NCBI RefSeq assembly: GCF_009914755.1
Contig: NC_060928.1
Reading direction: 5' to 3' (one strand)
DNA length: 64,000 nt
Source of the DNA: the human T2T-CHM13v2.0 reference genome, Homo sapiens
Shown: positions 61,495-64,000 of the stretch, one piece after another
How the letters are laid out: the number at the start of each line of letters is the position of its first letter
Position numbering within the stretch: position 1 is the first letter of the stretch
The notes under the pieces: generated by a model
What the model saw: only the letters and a program-made list of their open reading frames with translations
Database searches by the model: none
What the model was told of the DNA's origin: nothing
Made by a program: the position numbers and the translations under genes

Positions 61495-61931
61495 TGCAAG
61501 AGTGGCTCCATCTTGGATGCTAATTTGCCATGTTGACTTATGATTAACTGCAGTCCCATGAATGTCTCCTGATTTCTACTTTATTTGCCATCCCTAGTGT
61601 AGGAACATGTACTCACTATAAATTCCACCTTTAGATCAAAGCAATCTTGATGTTATCACACAAATTATAGGTTTTGACCTACATAGCTTTCTGAAGGGTT
61701 GCGTTTAACTGTTTCTATAGAGTACGTGTACCTTTCCCTATGGTACATAAGCCCCGGGTCTGGGGAGTATATTGTTGTGGAGCTCTACCTGTCTTGTGGC
61801 CCCCCAATTCCATTTTCATCTGCAAGTTCCACTCTTTACTGACAAACTGCATTTGTCTGCTTTGTTCTTTGGTTTCTTGGCTCCTTCAGCATTTGTGGGC
61901 TACTTTGCATATACGGCCCTTTCATGGAACA
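61495..61931 (+). mobile_element. ERV1 solo LTR (LTR23/LTR56-like)
   Basis: GAGTGGCTCCATCTTGGATGCTAAT...TTTGCATATACGGCCCTTTCATGGAACA. Confidence 0.75.
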
Positions 61932-62382
61932 ATATTAGTCAGGGTTCTCCAAAGGAACAGAACCGATATGATATATATAGACACAGATATAGTAGAGGAA
62001 ATGTATTATGAGAGTTGGCTCAAGGGATTATGGAGGCCAAGAAGTCCCATCATATGCCATCTGCAGGCTGGAAAACCAGGAAAGCTGGCAGTGTAATTTG
62101 GTATGAGTCCAAGGGCAGGGGAAGATGGATGTCCCAGGTCAAGGAGAGAGAAAAATAACTCACCCTTCCTTTAACTTTTTATTCAATCCAGGCCCTCACC
62201 AGATTCACCAGATTGGATGATGCCTGCCCACATGGGTGAGGGCAGATCTTTCCTCGGTCTACTGATTTAAATGCCAATCTTTTCCAGAAACCCTCTCACA
62301 GGCACACTCAGAAATAATGTTTGACCAGCTATCTGGATATCTCTTCATCTAGTCAAGTTGACACAAGAAATTGGCCATTATA
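61932..62382 (-). mobile_element. MLT2 (ERVL) LTR
   Basis: TATTAGTCAGGGTTCTCCAAAGGAACAGAACC...AGTCAAGTTGACACAAGAAATT. Confidence 0.88.
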
Positions 62383-62783
62383 GTAGGTTTTGTCATTAAT
62401 TCTTGTGTTAGCTAGGGTAAAACTAAGTAGCTGCTACACAGATCTGAAAATACAATGGTTCAAAGAATGAAGAATTTTATTTCTTTCTTATGAGACAGCA
62501 TTGGTGTGAACAATTCAAGTTGTCAGGGCAGCTACTTTCCGAGTTATTGGTTGGCCATCCTCTAGAGTGTTGCCATTTTCTGCATGGTTGAAGCTGGATT
62601 GATGTCCCATCCAGGTTCCAGAGGGGTGAGGGCACGCAGAGGAGGTACATCCCATTCCCTGCAACCCAGACCCACAGGAACAAAATGAGGCTGGGAAATG
62701 TAGTCTAGCTAAGCAGCCTGCATTAACCTTCAAGTCCATTCAATTCAACTTAGAAGATTGAGAGAATGAGTTTGGCGGATGAA

Positions 62784-63143
62784 TGATATGGTTTGGCTCT
62801 GTATCCCCACCCAAATCTCACCCTGAATTGTAGTAATCCCCATGTGTCGTGGGAGAGACCTGGTGGGAGGTAATTGAATCATGGGGGTGGGTTCTTCCCA
62901 TGTTGTTCTTATGATAGTGAATGAGTCTCACGATATCTGATGGTTTTATAAAGGGAAGTTCCCCTGCGTAGGTTGTCTTGCCTGCCACCATGTAGGGTGT
63001 GCCTTTGCTCTCACTTTGCCTTCTACCATGATTGTGAGACCTCCCTAGCCATGTGGAACTGTGAGTCCAATGAACCTCTTTCTTTTATAAATTACCCTGT
63101 CTCAGGTATGTCTTTATTAGCAGCATGAGAGCGAACTAACACA
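62784..63143 (+). mobile_element. THE1 (B/D-type) MaLR solo LTR
   Basis: TGATATGGTTTGGCTCTGTATCCCCACCCAAATCTC...GAACTAACACA; TSD ATGAA/ATGGA. Confidence 0.94.
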
Positions 63144-63448
63144 ATGGACAACCTGCAGTCTCTGCTGCATTCCCAATGACTTCCTCCACTCCTTTGGGAG
63201 TTTATTAGGCATGACAGCGAGGTTGTTGAGGGCAGGGAGGAGTGGGTGGTAGGAAAGAGGAGGGAAAGTCCTGGACCAGCACCCAGAGCCGTGGTATAAG
63301 CCTCACACTACATTCCCACCGACCACACTGGACAGAGTGTTGTACTTCTAGGATCAAACAACAGGACATTTTCTAATTTGCAGACATCAATTAAGTTAGC
63401 AATTAGATTAGAATGTTTACAACTTAAATTTGCCCTCCCATAATTTTT

Positions 63449-63669
63449 TTTTTTGTTTGTGTTTGAAATGGAGTCTTGCTCTTTTGCCCAGGCTAGAGTG
63501 CAGTGGCACGATCTCGGGTCAGTGCAAGCTCTGCCTCCCGGGTTCACGCCATTCTCCTGCCTCAGCCTCCTGAGTAGCTGGGACTACAGGCACCCGCCAC
63601 CATGCCCGGCTAATTTTTTGTATTTTTAGTAGAGACGAGGTTTCACCGTGTTAGCCAGGATGGTCTAGA
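63449..63669 (-). mobile_element. AluY, 5'-truncated
   Basis: GCAAGCTCTGCCTCCCGGGTTCACGCCATTC, GTTAGCCAGGATGGTCT; TSD TTG[C/T]CCTCCCATAATTTTT. Confidence 0.95.
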
Positions 63670-64000
63670 TTGTCCTCCCATAATTTTTAATAAAAACCTT
63701 GGCCCCCGTTAATGCTTAAACACAGCACAATGTGAAGAGATGAGAAGGTAAGTGACCACATATCCGGAGGATTTTGATGTAAGAATCTTCTTCAGAGGCA
63801 CACAGCCCTCCTAGGTTGACAGTTTATATTTTTTATTCCAGGGAACTTTGTGTTTCTGGTTGTGATTTGACTTCGCATACGTATCATGAAGTCACATTTT
63901 CTGCCACAGAAGTTACTTCCTATTGTGTATGACAGAAGTAAGAACATCATTATTTTGCACAGGTGACAAAACCCTCAGGACACCCTGGTGCTCCTTCACC

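Overview
Primate (human-like) non-coding genomic DNA dominated by transposable-element fossils. It holds about 22 Alu copies or remnants (J, S and Y types), two old L1M segments, two short younger L1PA insertions, many MaLR LTRs (THE1, MLT1), several ERV1/ERVL solo LTRs, MER1A/MER5 DNA transposons and L2/MIR fragments. I found no credible protein-coding exon, RNA gene or CpG island, and the ORFs in the track are Alu/L1/LTR-derived or chance. I cannot name the locus, and I do not see a new biological system. The most unusual structure is a 93-bp unique segment from the flank of the Alu at 49.4 kb that reappears, inverted and 91/93 identical, inside the 5' end of another Alu 18 kb away; this looks like an Alu-guided templated insertion. 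Other notable items are an L1-processed retrocopy of an ERV LTR transcript end, a collapsed 24-nt Alu with intact target-site duplications (TSDs), and a twin-primed inverted L1. Repeat family names are recalled from consensus sequences and need RepeatMasker/Dfam confirmation. Boundaries without a TSD are approximate.
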